DNA from: an uncultured Candidatus Saccharibacteria bacterium
GTDB lineage: Bacteria; Patescibacteriota; Minisyncoccia; Phycocordibacterales; UBA12088
Direction of reading: 5' to 3'
NCBI GenBank assembly: GCA_964635195.1
Contig: CAZWNC010000006.1
Span: forward strand, 1 to 55,780
DNA: 55,780 nucleotides
The translations under genes were made by a program, and so were the position numbers. Positions 9,072 through 18,527 of this stretch are shown in pieces; the stretch's first letter is position 1; each line of letters begins with the position of its first letter. The notes under the pieces were generated by a model, which saw nothing but the letters and a program-made list of their open reading frames with translations, made no database searches and was not told the origin of the DNA.

Positions 9072-11501
9072 CTAGTTGATTTCGCACACACCTCCCGCAC
9101 ACGCCAACTCCTTCGCCTGTTCTGTCTCATCACGGAGTTCGTAGGCCACTATCTTGCTGTAGTCGATGTTCTTAAACTTCTCGGCAAGCTTGTCATAGGT
9201 TTCCTTGTCTATCGCCTCATACGGTGCCAAGCGGTAGCTGTGGTTACTGCGGGGCAAGAACGAGAGACCGCCGATGATGTCCCAATGCTCGTAGAGCCAG
9301 TTTGCGACACCCACCCATTCGTCGTCACCGATACTAACGGTAACGGAAGGGTTGTGTTCGGTGTAGTTCTCTTTCACCACCTTCCAATACTCAAGCTGTT
9401 CGATGGCGGAAAGATCGTCGTTGTACACGCTCGACTTGGGAGAATGTACCGGAAATTCAAGCACAAACGTGTTCGCATTTTCTTCGGTTTGCCCGACTTC
9501 CGGAAAGTGCGGCACACCCTGATCCTTGAGCATTTTAAAGAGTGAATCGGTCGCACTGATGCGGATACGACGAATGTAGTACTCACTGTGACGCGGATGC
9601 ATGCCTGAGGAGCAGTTAACGGTTTGGGAGACGGTGCCCGAAGGCTTCACTGCCGTCACAGCACTCGATGCAGGTATACCGAAACGCTTTGCATACTTTT
9701 TGTTTGTGGCTATGGCTTCATCTCGAACAGCTCGAAGCACTTCCGGCTTACGCGCTTCCGGAGAATCCCACTGACCTGAAACGGAGACTCCCAAGAGTCG
9801 CTCACTCTGACAGTTGTCGGTCCAGTCCTTGGACAAGTAGTTAAATGCCGTCAGTGAGCTTTGATAGGTGCCGAGAATGGCCGCAATACGCGCCTTATTC
9901 TTGAGTGTTTCCATGGTGTCGTCTCTGCGGGCTATCACTTCGGTCAAGTTGCAAAACTGCTTACTCTGCAGAATAATCTCCCCGCACGGATTAACACCGA
10001 CCGGTGCGACGATCCTGTCATGCTCCACGATGCCCTGCTTCTCCCACAGGTCGATACGACGCTTGGGCAGCTGCTTCATAAGGCCACCGCGATTGAAGAT
10101 ACCCCGCTCACCACTGCGTCCTTTCATGAGCGCCATCCATTCTTCCATGAATTCTTCACTCGAGGGTTTTACCTCATACACAGCGCTATTGTTCGCGAGC
10201 ATGCGCTGTGGCTCGGTGTTATAGAACGCACCATCCTTTGCGTGACGGATCAAATCGTCATCAAGATCGGACAATGAGATCATGGCACTTCGTCGCACAC
10301 CACCTGAGACGATGGCTTCGCCTATCTTGCAGAGTATGTCGTGTGCGTCGATGTTGCGCAAACGTCTGTTTTGTCGTGCGAGTATCTTGGCTCGCGCGAA
10401 ATCGAGGAGTGAACGGAGTGGATCCGGACCGGAAGCCTTGCCCCCCATAGTCTTCAAGCGTGCTCCTGCGGGTCGTATCTGATCGTAGTCAAACTGCACA
10501 TCCTTACCGTCGTACCACGTCTTCATACCGTACACGAGTGCACTTGCCCACCCCTCCTTGGAGTCTTCAACGACGTGTGTTTTAAGCAGGATACCCGTCT
10601 GTGATTTGATTTGCGGAAGTTGTTCGATGTTCTTGCTTTCTGCAGCAAAACCCACCCCACAACCGGACGCGGAAAGGTACAGCACTTCACCAAAGTCCTC
10701 TATTGAGGTCGGTGCGATGAATGAACAGTTGTACGCAACCGCATTGCAACGGCGCGCGGGTGCTCCCGCAAACTGCATCAAACGCATTGACGGCATGGCC
10801 TCTTGCTTCAGTATGGCCTCACGCACTTCGGCATACTCCTCGTCGGTAAGTTTGTCTGCAAGATTCTCACGCATGAAGCCTATGTAACGATCGACTGTTT
10901 CGATCCATGTTTCGCGCCTACCCTCAGTTTCAATCCATCGCGCATAGGTACGCAGGTACACAAACTCACCCATTGGATTACCTGCAAAGTACTTCGAGCT
11001 TTCCTCTGCAAGCTTTCGTATACGTTCCGGTACTGCAAGTGCCGTCTTGCGAAAACGCGCACGTTCCTCGCGATACAATATATAGTGCTTGGCAGTCTTC
11101 ACGTACTCTGAGAGAATGAGCTGACGTTCGACTTCGTCCTGAACTCCTTCAACGGTCGGTAGGAAGTTCTTGTACTTCTTTGCGATACGAACGACATCCG
11201 CCACCACTTTGTGCGCGACCATTTCCGCCTCCTCGGCCGAACCTTCCCCGGTTTGTTCCATCGCAAGGCCAATCGCCCGAACGATCTTGTCGAAATCGAA
11301 CGGCACAATGGCACCATCGCGCTTCTGTATTTGTGGTACAAACTTGCTGTAGTACGTACCCTTGTGCACATCAGTGTCCGTTTTTAGAGGCGCATGCCCA
11401 TCTTCTACTACTTCGAAAATACGTTCTAATGTCACCGAAACCTCTGTGGAGCTTGTGGTTTCGCTTCCATCTGATTGAGTACGTGAAGATTTGCTTGCCA
11501 T
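9072..11501 (-). CDS. nrdJ: ribonucleoside-triphosphate/diphosphate reductase, class II (adenosylcobalamin-dependent)
   Basis: 809 aa. N-terminal ATP-cone (IQKRDGAIVPFDFDKIVRAI), catalytic NPCGEI...FCNLTEV motif, and a C-terminal CAGGVCEIN redox tail typical of NrdJ. Confidence 0.9.
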   Translation of the reverse strand: MASKSSRTQSDGSETTSSTEVSVTLERIFEVVEDGHAPLKTDTDVHKGTYYSKFVPQIQKRDGAIVPFDFDKIVRAIGLAMEQTGEGSAEEAEMVAHKVVADVVRIAKKYKNFLPTVEGVQDEVERQLILSEYVKTAKHYILYREERARFRKTALAVPERIRKLAEESSKYFAGNPMGEFVYLRTYARWIETEGRRETWIETVDRYIGFMRENLADKLTDEEYAEVREAILKQEAMPSMRLMQFAGAPARRCNAVAYNCSFIAPTSIEDFGEVLYLSASGCGVGFAAESKNIEQLPQIKSQTGILLKTHVVEDSKEGWASALVYGMKTWYDGKDVQFDYDQIRPAGARLKTMGGKASGPDPLRSLLDFARAKILARQNRRLRNIDAHDILCKIGEAIVSGGVRRSAMISLSDLDDDLIRHAKDGAFYNTEPQRMLANNSAVYEVKPSSEEFMEEWMALMKGRSGERGIFNRGGLMKQLPKRRIDLWEKQGIVEHDRIVAPVGVNPCGEIILQSKQFCNLTEVIARRDDTMETLKNKARIAAILGTYQSSLTAFNYLSKDWTDNCQSERLLGVSVSGQWDSPEARKPEVLRAVRDEAIATNKKYAKRFGIPASSAVTAVKPSGTVSQTVNCSSGMHPRHSEYYIRRIRISATDSLFKMLKDQGVPHFPEVGQTEENANTFVLEFPVHSPKSSVYNDDLSAIEQLEYWKVVKENYTEHNPSVTVSIGDDEWVGVANWLYEHWDIIGGLSFLPRSNHSYRLAPYEAIDKETYDKLAEKFKNIDYSKIVAYELRDETEQAKELACAGGVCEIN

Positions 11502-11699
11502 AAGTATATTTGCGCTAGGTCGTTATTGCTTAGTAAGAAAGCTCCACGGGGGCGTGAAAGTCATGTTTGCATTGTAACGCAGGAAAACGGATGCATGCCC
11601 TGTGCATAACTTTTAGAAAACAAAACAGCCTCAAGGTCACTATTTTGTAACTAAAGGTGACCGTTTTTGGCCGCCTCTCGAGAGAAACGTCACCGCATA

Positions 11700-11732
11700 C
11701 CAAAAATCAGCACTCGACGCACGGTGAGTGCT
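11700..11732 (-). terminator. terminator after the hydrogenase-like operon
   Basis: 7-bp stem AGCACTC / GAGTGCT (11709-11732). On the minus strand it is followed by GATTTTTGG. It lies 30 nt after the stop at 11762. Confidence 0.5.
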
Positions 11733-11761
11733 CCATGCGCAAGCCGGCCGGCTCACACGCG

Positions 11762-13333
11762 CTACAGATCGTTGCCTGAATACGAAAGATTGAAACTCTT
11801 GTTGACGAGCGGAAAGTCGGGTACCACTTCATCCACCACTGTCTCAGGAAACGCCTGCCAGTTCATGAAGGAGGGGTCACGCACCTTCACGCGGGAAATA
11901 GCACTACTCGCATCAGTACACACTACGTACACAATTTCACCCCGCCAACCCTCAACGACCGACACCGCAATCGCTGTTTTCTTGAAATGAATGACCGGGT
12001 CACGCTTGATCGCTTTCGTGTCGGATAGACGCTTCACCGCCTGCTCTATGAGCGATAGTGCACTGTATACTTCACCAACGCGGACAAAGAAGCGGGCGTA
12101 AACATCCCCGGCGTCTTTGGTGACTACCTCCTGTGTGAGCTTACCATATGCGGCATACGGAAAATCGGCACGAGTATCACGCGCCACACCCACCGCACGC
12201 GCCGGAACCCCCACCACGCCGTACTCCCACACATGCTCGCGCGTAAGATCGCCCGTCGTTGCCAAACGATCATAGAGTGAGACATTTTCCTCCGCAATTG
12301 CGATAACTTCTTCAAAATCCTTTCGTAGTGCGATCAGGTCCTCAACAAGTGCCATGCGCTCGTTTCGTGGAATATCTTTTTCGACACCACCCACGACGTT
12401 CACTCCACGTAAAAAACGGCTACCAGTCAGACGCTCATTCCATTGCATGACCCGCTCACGTAACCGCGACCCGTTTGCACCACCAAAGGTAAACGCAGTG
12501 TCAAGCATCATGAAACCGATATCGGAAAAATGGTTCGCGAGGCGCTCAAGCTCAGCAAAGATCACGCGTGTCAGATGCGCATGTTCGGACACCTTCACAT
12601 GTCCAAGTTGTTCAAGTGCGATACAGAACGCAAGTGAGTGCGAAAAAGAACTATCACCGGACACGCGCTCGGAAAGTGCGACTTTTTTGTCGAGTGGAAG
12701 TGTCTCAAAAAGCTTCTCGATCCCTTTATGCTTCCACCCAAGCATCGGATCAAGCTTTTTGATACGCTCGCCCAACACACTGAAGCGAAAATGCCCCGGC
12801 TCGATGATGCCCGCATGCACAGGTCCGACCGGTATCTCATACACTCCCTCTCCTGCAATCGTATGGAAATGGTATTCGGTCAGTGGATCAGGCGCATTCG
12901 TCGGTGCATGGAGCACTGCGTCCTTGCGCAAAGGATACTCCCCTTTCCGGAAACTCACCTGCCCCATCGTGGGGCGCAGGTCAGGATGCCTCTCGGGTGT
13001 AAGACCGAACAGGGTTGCTATCTCACGTTCGTAAAACGAGCACTGCATGCGTACTGTCGCAAGTGAAGGAAAAGAGTCAATGGTGTCAAAATATGGAATC
13101 AGTACCTTTTTTGAGGGAAGGTGTCCAAAAACGTACATGATGCGAAAGGTCTTGAGATCAGACCTTCGGTCGCTCGCGACGATCGTATGGAGCACCACAT
13201 CCTCACTTTGCAAAAGTGTAGTCAAGGTCGGCATATGATTTTCGCGAGTAAGCGCGAACAACGTGCATACACCGTCAACCTCTTCGCGTGTATTAACAGG
13301 AATGAATATTTTGTGTGATGTGACACTTTGCAT
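11762..13333 (-). CDS. HycE/HyfG-like large subunit (NuoC-NuoD fusion) lacking all four NiFe-ligand cysteines
   Basis: The N-terminal 30-kDa/NuoC-like part has FYEREIATLFGL..HPDLR. The NuoD/HycE-like part has VGPVHAGIIEPGHFRFSVLGE and GWKHKGIEK. The L1 motif RxCGxCxxxH reads RVSGDSSFSH. The C-terminal DPCxxCxxR reads NLSYSGNDL followed by the stop. Confidence 0.85.
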   Translation of the reverse strand: MQSVTSHKIFIPVNTREEVDGVCTLFALTRENHMPTLTTLLQSEDVVLHTIVASDRRSDLKTFRIMYVFGHLPSKKVLIPYFDTIDSFPSLATVRMQCSFYEREIATLFGLTPERHPDLRPTMGQVSFRKGEYPLRKDAVLHAPTNAPDPLTEYHFHTIAGEGVYEIPVGPVHAGIIEPGHFRFSVLGERIKKLDPMLGWKHKGIEKLFETLPLDKKVALSERVSGDSSFSHSLAFCIALEQLGHVKVSEHAHLTRVIFAELERLANHFSDIGFMMLDTAFTFGGANGSRLRERVMQWNERLTGSRFLRGVNVVGGVEKDIPRNERMALVEDLIALRKDFEEVIAIAEENVSLYDRLATTGDLTREHVWEYGVVGVPARAVGVARDTRADFPYAAYGKLTQEVVTKDAGDVYARFFVRVGEVYSALSLIEQAVKRLSDTKAIKRDPVIHFKKTAIAVSVVEGWRGEIVYVVCTDASSAISRVKVRDPSFMNWQAFPETVVDEVVPDFPLVNKSFNLSYSGNDL

Positions 13334-13346
13334 ACTTGCTTATTTA

Positions 13347-14810
13347 TTATTCCGAAACATATACCGATGCGGCATTTGTAACAACTTCGGCAAGTGGTGC
13401 AGGTATGTAAAAACCGAGAATGACTGCCGCAATGAGAAGCATGCCGATCGGAAGGACAGTCAGTATGCCACGCTCTCCCACGACAATCGCTTGCCCGTCG
13501 GGAGTATGCGTAGGAGGTGTCCCGAACAGCATCTTGGTGCCATGAATCAAAAAGCCGACAAAAACGAGCACAAAAGCTGCTATGAGTACTGCTATTAGTA
13601 GCGGGTGTGCCCCAACACCACTTGATATGATGCCGAGCTTCGACATAAAGGTGCCAAAGGGAGGCATGCCCACAATGGCGATAACTCCCAGGAAAAAGAG
13701 TGGGCCGGTCCATGGCAACACCGTGAGAACGCCTCGCACGTTGCCAATCTTACCCGAACCGTAGGCAAGAAACAGATTACCAGAGGTAAGAAACAGTGCG
13801 GATTTTACAAGCGCGTGATACACCATATGAAGCATCGCGTACACCACAGCCACACCACCAAGGCCGAACCCGACCGCAAGTATTCCCATATTCTCGATAC
13901 TTGAGTACGCAAGCATACGCTTGTACCTGTTTTGAGTAAGCAGCATGAAGCCCATCACTATGATTGACAACACCCCGAAGCCGAGCAGTATGTTGCTACT
14001 CCACCACGGACCAACCACTTCATCCACTACCACCTTGTAGCGCGCAATTGCCAAAAATGCGGTATTCAGAAGAACGCCCGAGAGGAGTGCACTAATGGGT
14101 GCAGGTGCCTTACCATGTGCATCGGGAAGCCATGTGTGCATGGGTACCAAACCTGCCTTGGTACCGTAACCGATAAGAATGAAAATGAAAGCGACCTTCA
14201 TTGCTAGCGGGTCGAGTGTCGGTGCCGCCGTGAGGAGGTCACCCCATGACAACAGACCGGTGTGTGATCCGACCAATGACAGCATAGTGAGCGTACCGAA
14301 AAAACCGATGAGCAACCCGACACTGTTCACGACGAGATACTTCCAACCGGCTTCAAGAGAGCTTTTCTTTTTGTAGAAACTCACGAGGAATACGGTCGAA
14401 AGAGTGGTTGCCTCAATCGCCGCCCACATAACAATCGGATGTTGCGCCATGACCGAGAGGAGCATGGCGAACATAAACAGATGAAAGAGTACCCAAAATT
14501 GCACAGTACGCCCGGCACTCACAATCTCCTTCTGACGTTCTGCGCGTAAGTAGCCGACGGAATACACCGCGGCCGCAAGTCCCACAAACGTGATAATAAG
14601 TACGAGTATCGTGCCAAACGCATCCAACGCAAGAAAAGTAGGCGATCCTCCCCCATGAACGCCAGTGAGCAATGCGTGCACCGCAACAGCAAGTTCAAGT
14701 ATGGCCGCAAGCACGCCGACACCTTCAATCCACCCCAACCTTCGCGAGGTACACGCAAACGATACGAGTGCTGCAAGAAGTGGTATGAGTATAAGGTAAG
14801 TGAGGGTCAT
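13347..14810 (-). CDS. HyfF/NuoN/NuoM-like antiporter-type membrane subunit (PF00361)
   Basis: 487 aa with about 14 TM helices. Typical motifs are GLVPMHTWLPDAHGKAPAPISALLSGVLLNTA and RMLAYSSIENMG. Confidence 0.85.
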   Translation of the reverse strand: MTLTYLILIPLLAALVSFACTSRRLGWIEGVGVLAAILELAVAVHALLTGVHGGGSPTFLALDAFGTILVLIITFVGLAAAVYSVGYLRAERQKEIVSAGRTVQFWVLFHLFMFAMLLSVMAQHPIVMWAAIEATTLSTVFLVSFYKKKSSLEAGWKYLVVNSVGLLIGFFGTLTMLSLVGSHTGLLSWGDLLTAAPTLDPLAMKVAFIFILIGYGTKAGLVPMHTWLPDAHGKAPAPISALLSGVLLNTAFLAIARYKVVVDEVVGPWWSSNILLGFGVLSIIVMGFMLLTQNRYKRMLAYSSIENMGILAVGFGLGGVAVVYAMLHMVYHALVKSALFLTSGNLFLAYGSGKIGNVRGVLTVLPWTGPLFFLGVIAIVGMPPFGTFMSKLGIISSGVGAHPLLIAVLIAAFVLVFVGFLIHGTKMLFGTPPTHTPDGQAIVVGERGILTVLPIGMLLIAAVILGFYIPAPLAEVVTNAASVYVSE

Positions 14811-15499
14811 ATGTGTGTTTCCGGTTCATCACGCTCGGACAGGTGGGTCATCTTTGAAATATCGAGACTCCCGAATCGTTCATGCACCATAGTCATGAAG
14901 AACACGGAAATAAGCACCAGTACAATCGTCTCAAGAGTCACCGCAAGCTCAAGCGCAAGCGTCTGGTGAAAACCCGCAAGCGCAGCGACGAAGACAACCC
15001 AATTCTCCAGCGCCAAGAGTGCGATGACTTGTGAAAAGGCTTCTTTGCGATTTACCGCAAGGAAGAGTGTCGCGAGGATTCCCGCAAGGTGAAGCGGTGC
15101 GTACGCGAGCACCGGTGACACGGTTGAAAAGAGTGCGCCCGGCATCGTCATACGGACGACCGAAAACGAGAGTACCGCAATACCTGCAAGCACGACCAAT
15201 GTCCAGGGTGTGTCGAGGTACGTGTCCGAAGCAAAACGCGCTCCCAGGCGACGCATGACGCGTCGATACAACACGGGCACAAGCAACGCTTTAGTGAGTA
15301 TCGTCACACCTGCAACAACAAAAAGGAACGGGCTCGATTCCTCAATTGCGGCGATCACGAAGAAGCAGGCGACGAGTAAGGATTGCAGCACGTAGAGCGT
15401 AATCAAAAGCGACGTCTTGCGTGTGGCATGCATAAGTACCATGAGCAGGAACATCCCCGCATCCAACGTACCGCTTATAAACATGAGAGTAGGTAGCAT
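14807..15499 (-). CDS. HyfE-like (NuoK-related) membrane subunit
   Basis: 230-aa polytopic membrane protein occupying the HyfE position between the NuoH-like and NuoN-like genes. Its stop overlaps the next start by 4 nt. Confidence 0.6.
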   Translation of the reverse strand: MLPTLMFISGTLDAGMFLLMVLMHATRKTSLLITLYVLQSLLVACFFVIAAIEESSPFLFVVAGVTILTKALLVPVLYRRVMRRLGARFASDTYLDTPWTLVVLAGIAVLSFSVVRMTMPGALFSTVSPVLAYAPLHLAGILATLFLAVNRKEAFSQVIALLALENWVVFVAALAGFHQTLALELAVTLETIVLVLISVFFMTMVHERFGSLDISKMTHLSERDEPETHI

Positions 15500-15508
15500 G
15501 GTGTTGAG

Positions 15509-16447
15509 TTATACCGTGGCAAGTGCGAATGCAACTGCGCCGATGATGAGTGCCGCAAAGAGAAGACGCGGGATACGGAAAATGCGCAACTTTGCAAGCG
15601 TTGATTCGATTGTCGCTATCACAAACGCAACGAGTGCACACTTCACTAAAAAGATACTCATCGCAGCACCTACCGTCACCACGTCATTCGATATGGAAAA
15701 ATCGAGCACGCCCCATGGTACAAACACTGATGTCAAAATCGCCGTAAAGACCATGAGCTTCAGTGCACTCGCCCACTCCATAAGTGCGAGCCGCTTGCCC
15801 GAATACTCCAAGAGCATAGCTTCATGCACCATGGTAAGTTCGAGGTGAGTGGAAGGGTTGTCGACCGGTATGCGCGCATTCTCCGCAAGAAGTGCGATGA
15901 AAAAACCCACCCCCGCGACGACGACCGGAAGCAGATGCACAAACGACATGCCGTGAATATGCGCTGCGATATCGCCCAGGTTTGTTGATTCCGCAAGCAG
16001 CGCAAGTGGCAAGAGTGCGAAAAGAAGTACTCCTTCGGCAACCGCCGCAAAGGTCATTTCTCGACTCGAACCAAAACCACCAAATGAACTTCCCGCGTCC
16101 ATACCTGCAAGGGCGAGAAAAAACGTACCTAAGGCAAGGGTGTAAATGAACACAAAAAGGTTACCGAGCACTCCCGTATTGCCGAGAGCTACGAGCGGTA
16201 CGCCCGCAGCCACAGTGAGTGTTGCTCCAAATACGAGGTAGGGTGCGGCACGAAACACCCATGATGCATCCTCCGGCACAATCTCATCCTTCGTAAACAA
16301 TTTACGTAAATCTCGATATGGCTGAAAAACACTCGCACCTCGCCTGCCCTGGTAGGACGCTTTTATTTTTCGAATACTGCCCACCAGAAGCGGCGCAAGA
16401 GCTGCAAGTACCATCGATTGAATGCTGTACAGAAGAATGAAAGCCAT
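15509..16447 (-). CDS. HycD/HyfC/NuoH-like membrane subunit
   Basis: It aligns by eye along its length with E. coli HycD. Matching segments are LAPLLVGSIRKIKASYQGRRGASVFQPYRDLRKL, DAGSSFGGFGSSREM and LLEYSG. Confidence 0.85.
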   Translation of the reverse strand: MAFILLYSIQSMVLAALAPLLVGSIRKIKASYQGRRGASVFQPYRDLRKLFTKDEIVPEDASWVFRAAPYLVFGATLTVAAGVPLVALGNTGVLGNLFVFIYTLALGTFFLALAGMDAGSSFGGFGSSREMTFAAVAEGVLLFALLPLALLAESTNLGDIAAHIHGMSFVHLLPVVVAGVGFFIALLAENARIPVDNPSTHLELTMVHEAMLLEYSGKRLALMEWASALKLMVFTAILTSVFVPWGVLDFSISNDVVTVGAAMSIFLVKCALVAFVIATIESTLAKLRIFRIPRLLFAALIIGAVAFALATV

Positions 16448-16453
16448 GATGTG

Positions 16454-18514
16454 TTATAGGGCGATAAGTAACAATGCGCAGAGTGTCACAAACATGTAGA
16501 GGAGGTACGTGTTCACGTTACCACTTTGCAACATGCGTGTGCCCCGTGCCGCAAAAGCCGCGACTCGCTCGAGTGGCCTATAGCAATACTTCTGCCACAC
16601 ATCAACGAGATGTACTTCAAAACGAACTCGTATCGCTTCACCTGACACGGATTCAGTGGAAACGTGCTCTTTGGTGGGGGCGAGTGCGCGAAAGATCACC
16701 ATAAGCGTACGCGCAAAAGCGGTTGCAGTGATTTCCGCACGCTCAACCGGTCCTGCAAAAGCAGATGACTCAGCCGGAGCACCACAGGCCCACACTCGCC
16801 CCGAAGTTTCGCGTCGCTCCCCCGACCACACGCGCACCAGTGCGTATGTGACACCCACAGCGACCACAAGCATGACATACATCATTGGAAACGCGATTGC
16901 GTACGAGCTCTGTGAAGAAGGATCGTTCCCTACCGCAAAGAGGGTTTGTGGCAACGCGTCATGGAAACCGAGACCGTGTAAGACACTGGAGATATACACA
17001 ACAACCGATGAAGCAAATACCCCTAAAAACAAGGTGAGGAGGGCGAGTAAGCTCATACCCAAGGTCATTGAAAGAGGCTCACGAATCTTGCATGTGGACG
17101 CATCCGGTAACGGAGCACGCGGTCGAGCAAGAAACGTGGTGCCAACCGCCTTCACAAAACACGCCGCAGCAAGTCCTGAGGTGAGTGCGAGAAAACCGAT
17201 AGCTCCGACAAAAAGCGCCTTCATGTAAAGCGTACTCTCTGCAACACCCGCAAGAAGGGTCTGGAACGTCAGCCACTCACTTGCAAACCCATTGAGCGGT
17301 GGCAAACCGGAAATGGCAAGCGAGCCAACAAGAAAGAGGAATGCCGTTGCGGGAAGAATACGGATCAGGCCGCCATACCGCTCCATGTTGCGCGTGTGAG
17401 TGGTTTGCACAACCGAACCGGCTCCGAGAAACAGCAGCCCTTTGAAGATCGCATGATTCAAGGTGTGGAAAAGTGCAGCCGTCAAGGCAACACCGGCAAA
17501 TGCATACTCTCCATATCCGACAAAAATGCCGGCACTTCCGATTCCCAACAAAATGATGCCAATATTTTCAACACTATGGTATGCCAGTAATCGCTTGAGA
17601 TCGTGTTCGGAAAGGGCGTACAGAACGCCGAGAAGCGCCGACAACGCACCGAGTACAAGGATAATGACACCCCACCAAATAGTCGTCGGAAACCCAAGAA
17701 GGTCAAAAAAGAAACGAATGATCATAAAGATTGCAATCTTCAGCATGACACCGGAGAGAAGTGCGGACACGTGACTCGGCGCTGCGGGATGCGCCTCGGG
17801 AAGCCAGATGTGCAAGGGTACGATACCCGCCTTGATACCAAGACCGATAAGGGCGGCTGCGAGCGCACCATGTCGCACAAGTGGTGACCATGCCTCCATC
17901 TGACGTATCGTATCGAAGTCAAACGAGCCCGCCGCATGCCCCACCACCATGAGCGCAAACATAAGAAATGCGGTACCGACATGCGTCATGAGAAGGTACA
18001 GGAAACCCGCACGCACGTTCGAGGCCTCATGATGCTCATGCACAATAAGGAAATACGAGGCAAGCGACATAGCCTCCCACGCGATTAAAAAGAAAATTCC
18101 ATTGTTTGCCACCACGACGGTATACAGACTCGCGATGAACGCCGTGTAGAAAAAACCGAATACACCCGGACGAATAGCACGTTCGCGTGACACGTACCCG
18201 TACCCGTAGAGCGACGCCGCTACAACAGCTAGCGATATGACGAGTATGAACCACGCCGACAAACCATCAACATGGAATGCATACGTAAGAAACGAAAACG
18301 GGGACGAGTATGATGCGGAAAGAATCGCATGCGACGAGAGTACGGCGAGTGAGAAAACAGTTCCAATCAACCCGGCGAAGAGTGCCGCGCCGTGTGATAC
18401 CACGTTCGCAACACGATGCGCCTTGAGCGGGATTGCAAAAAGTGACACAAGTGCTCCGACACCCAAGAGTGCGAGTATGCTGTAGAAATGCAGGATGAGC
18501 GGTGTGGCAAACAT
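16454..18514 (-). CDS. HyfB/HycC/NuoL-like antiporter-type membrane subunit (PF00361)
   Basis: 686 aa. Motifs: WEAMSLASYFLI, GIVPLHIWLPEAHPAAPSHVSALLSGVMLK, LLAYHSVENIG. Confidence 0.85.
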   Translation of the reverse strand: MFATPLILHFYSILALLGVGALVSLFAIPLKAHRVANVVSHGAALFAGLIGTVFSLAVLSSHAILSASYSSPFSFLTYAFHVDGLSAWFILVISLAVVAASLYGYGYVSRERAIRPGVFGFFYTAFIASLYTVVVANNGIFFLIAWEAMSLASYFLIVHEHHEASNVRAGFLYLLMTHVGTAFLMFALMVVGHAAGSFDFDTIRQMEAWSPLVRHGALAAALIGLGIKAGIVPLHIWLPEAHPAAPSHVSALLSGVMLKIAIFMIIRFFFDLLGFPTTIWWGVIILVLGALSALLGVLYALSEHDLKRLLAYHSVENIGIILLGIGSAGIFVGYGEYAFAGVALTAALFHTLNHAIFKGLLFLGAGSVVQTTHTRNMERYGGLIRILPATAFLFLVGSLAISGLPPLNGFASEWLTFQTLLAGVAESTLYMKALFVGAIGFLALTSGLAAACFVKAVGTTFLARPRAPLPDASTCKIREPLSMTLGMSLLALLTLFLGVFASSVVVYISSVLHGLGFHDALPQTLFAVGNDPSSQSSYAIAFPMMYVMLVVAVGVTYALVRVWSGERRETSGRVWACGAPAESSAFAGPVERAEITATAFARTLMVIFRALAPTKEHVSTESVSGEAIRVRFEVHLVDVWQKYCYRPLERVAAFAARGTRMLQSGNVNTYLLYMFVTLCALLLIAL

Positions 18515-18527
18515 AGGTGATTACAGA

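Noticed and set aside
11502-11761. Possible cobalamin riboswitch or NrdR boxes upstream of the B12-dependent nrdJ
   Set aside because: I could not find a B12-box-like core or paired NrdR-box palindromes by eye. Only a terminator-like hairpin and a short GGTCAC/GTGACC hairpin are present. An Infernal scan would be decisive.
12354-13034. 226-aa plus-strand ORF; similar long antisense ORFs lie at 16656-17228, 35305-35796, 36468-37079 and 54466-55128
   Set aside because: All are antisense to strongly supported minus-strand genes. They are S/R/P-rich shadow frames, typical of the opposite strand of GC-balanced coding DNA.
13222-13713. 163-aa minus-strand ORF overlapping the NuoN-like and large-subunit genes
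   Set aside because: It is an alternative frame of well-supported genes. It is Cys/His/Arg-rich and low in complexity, with no independent support.
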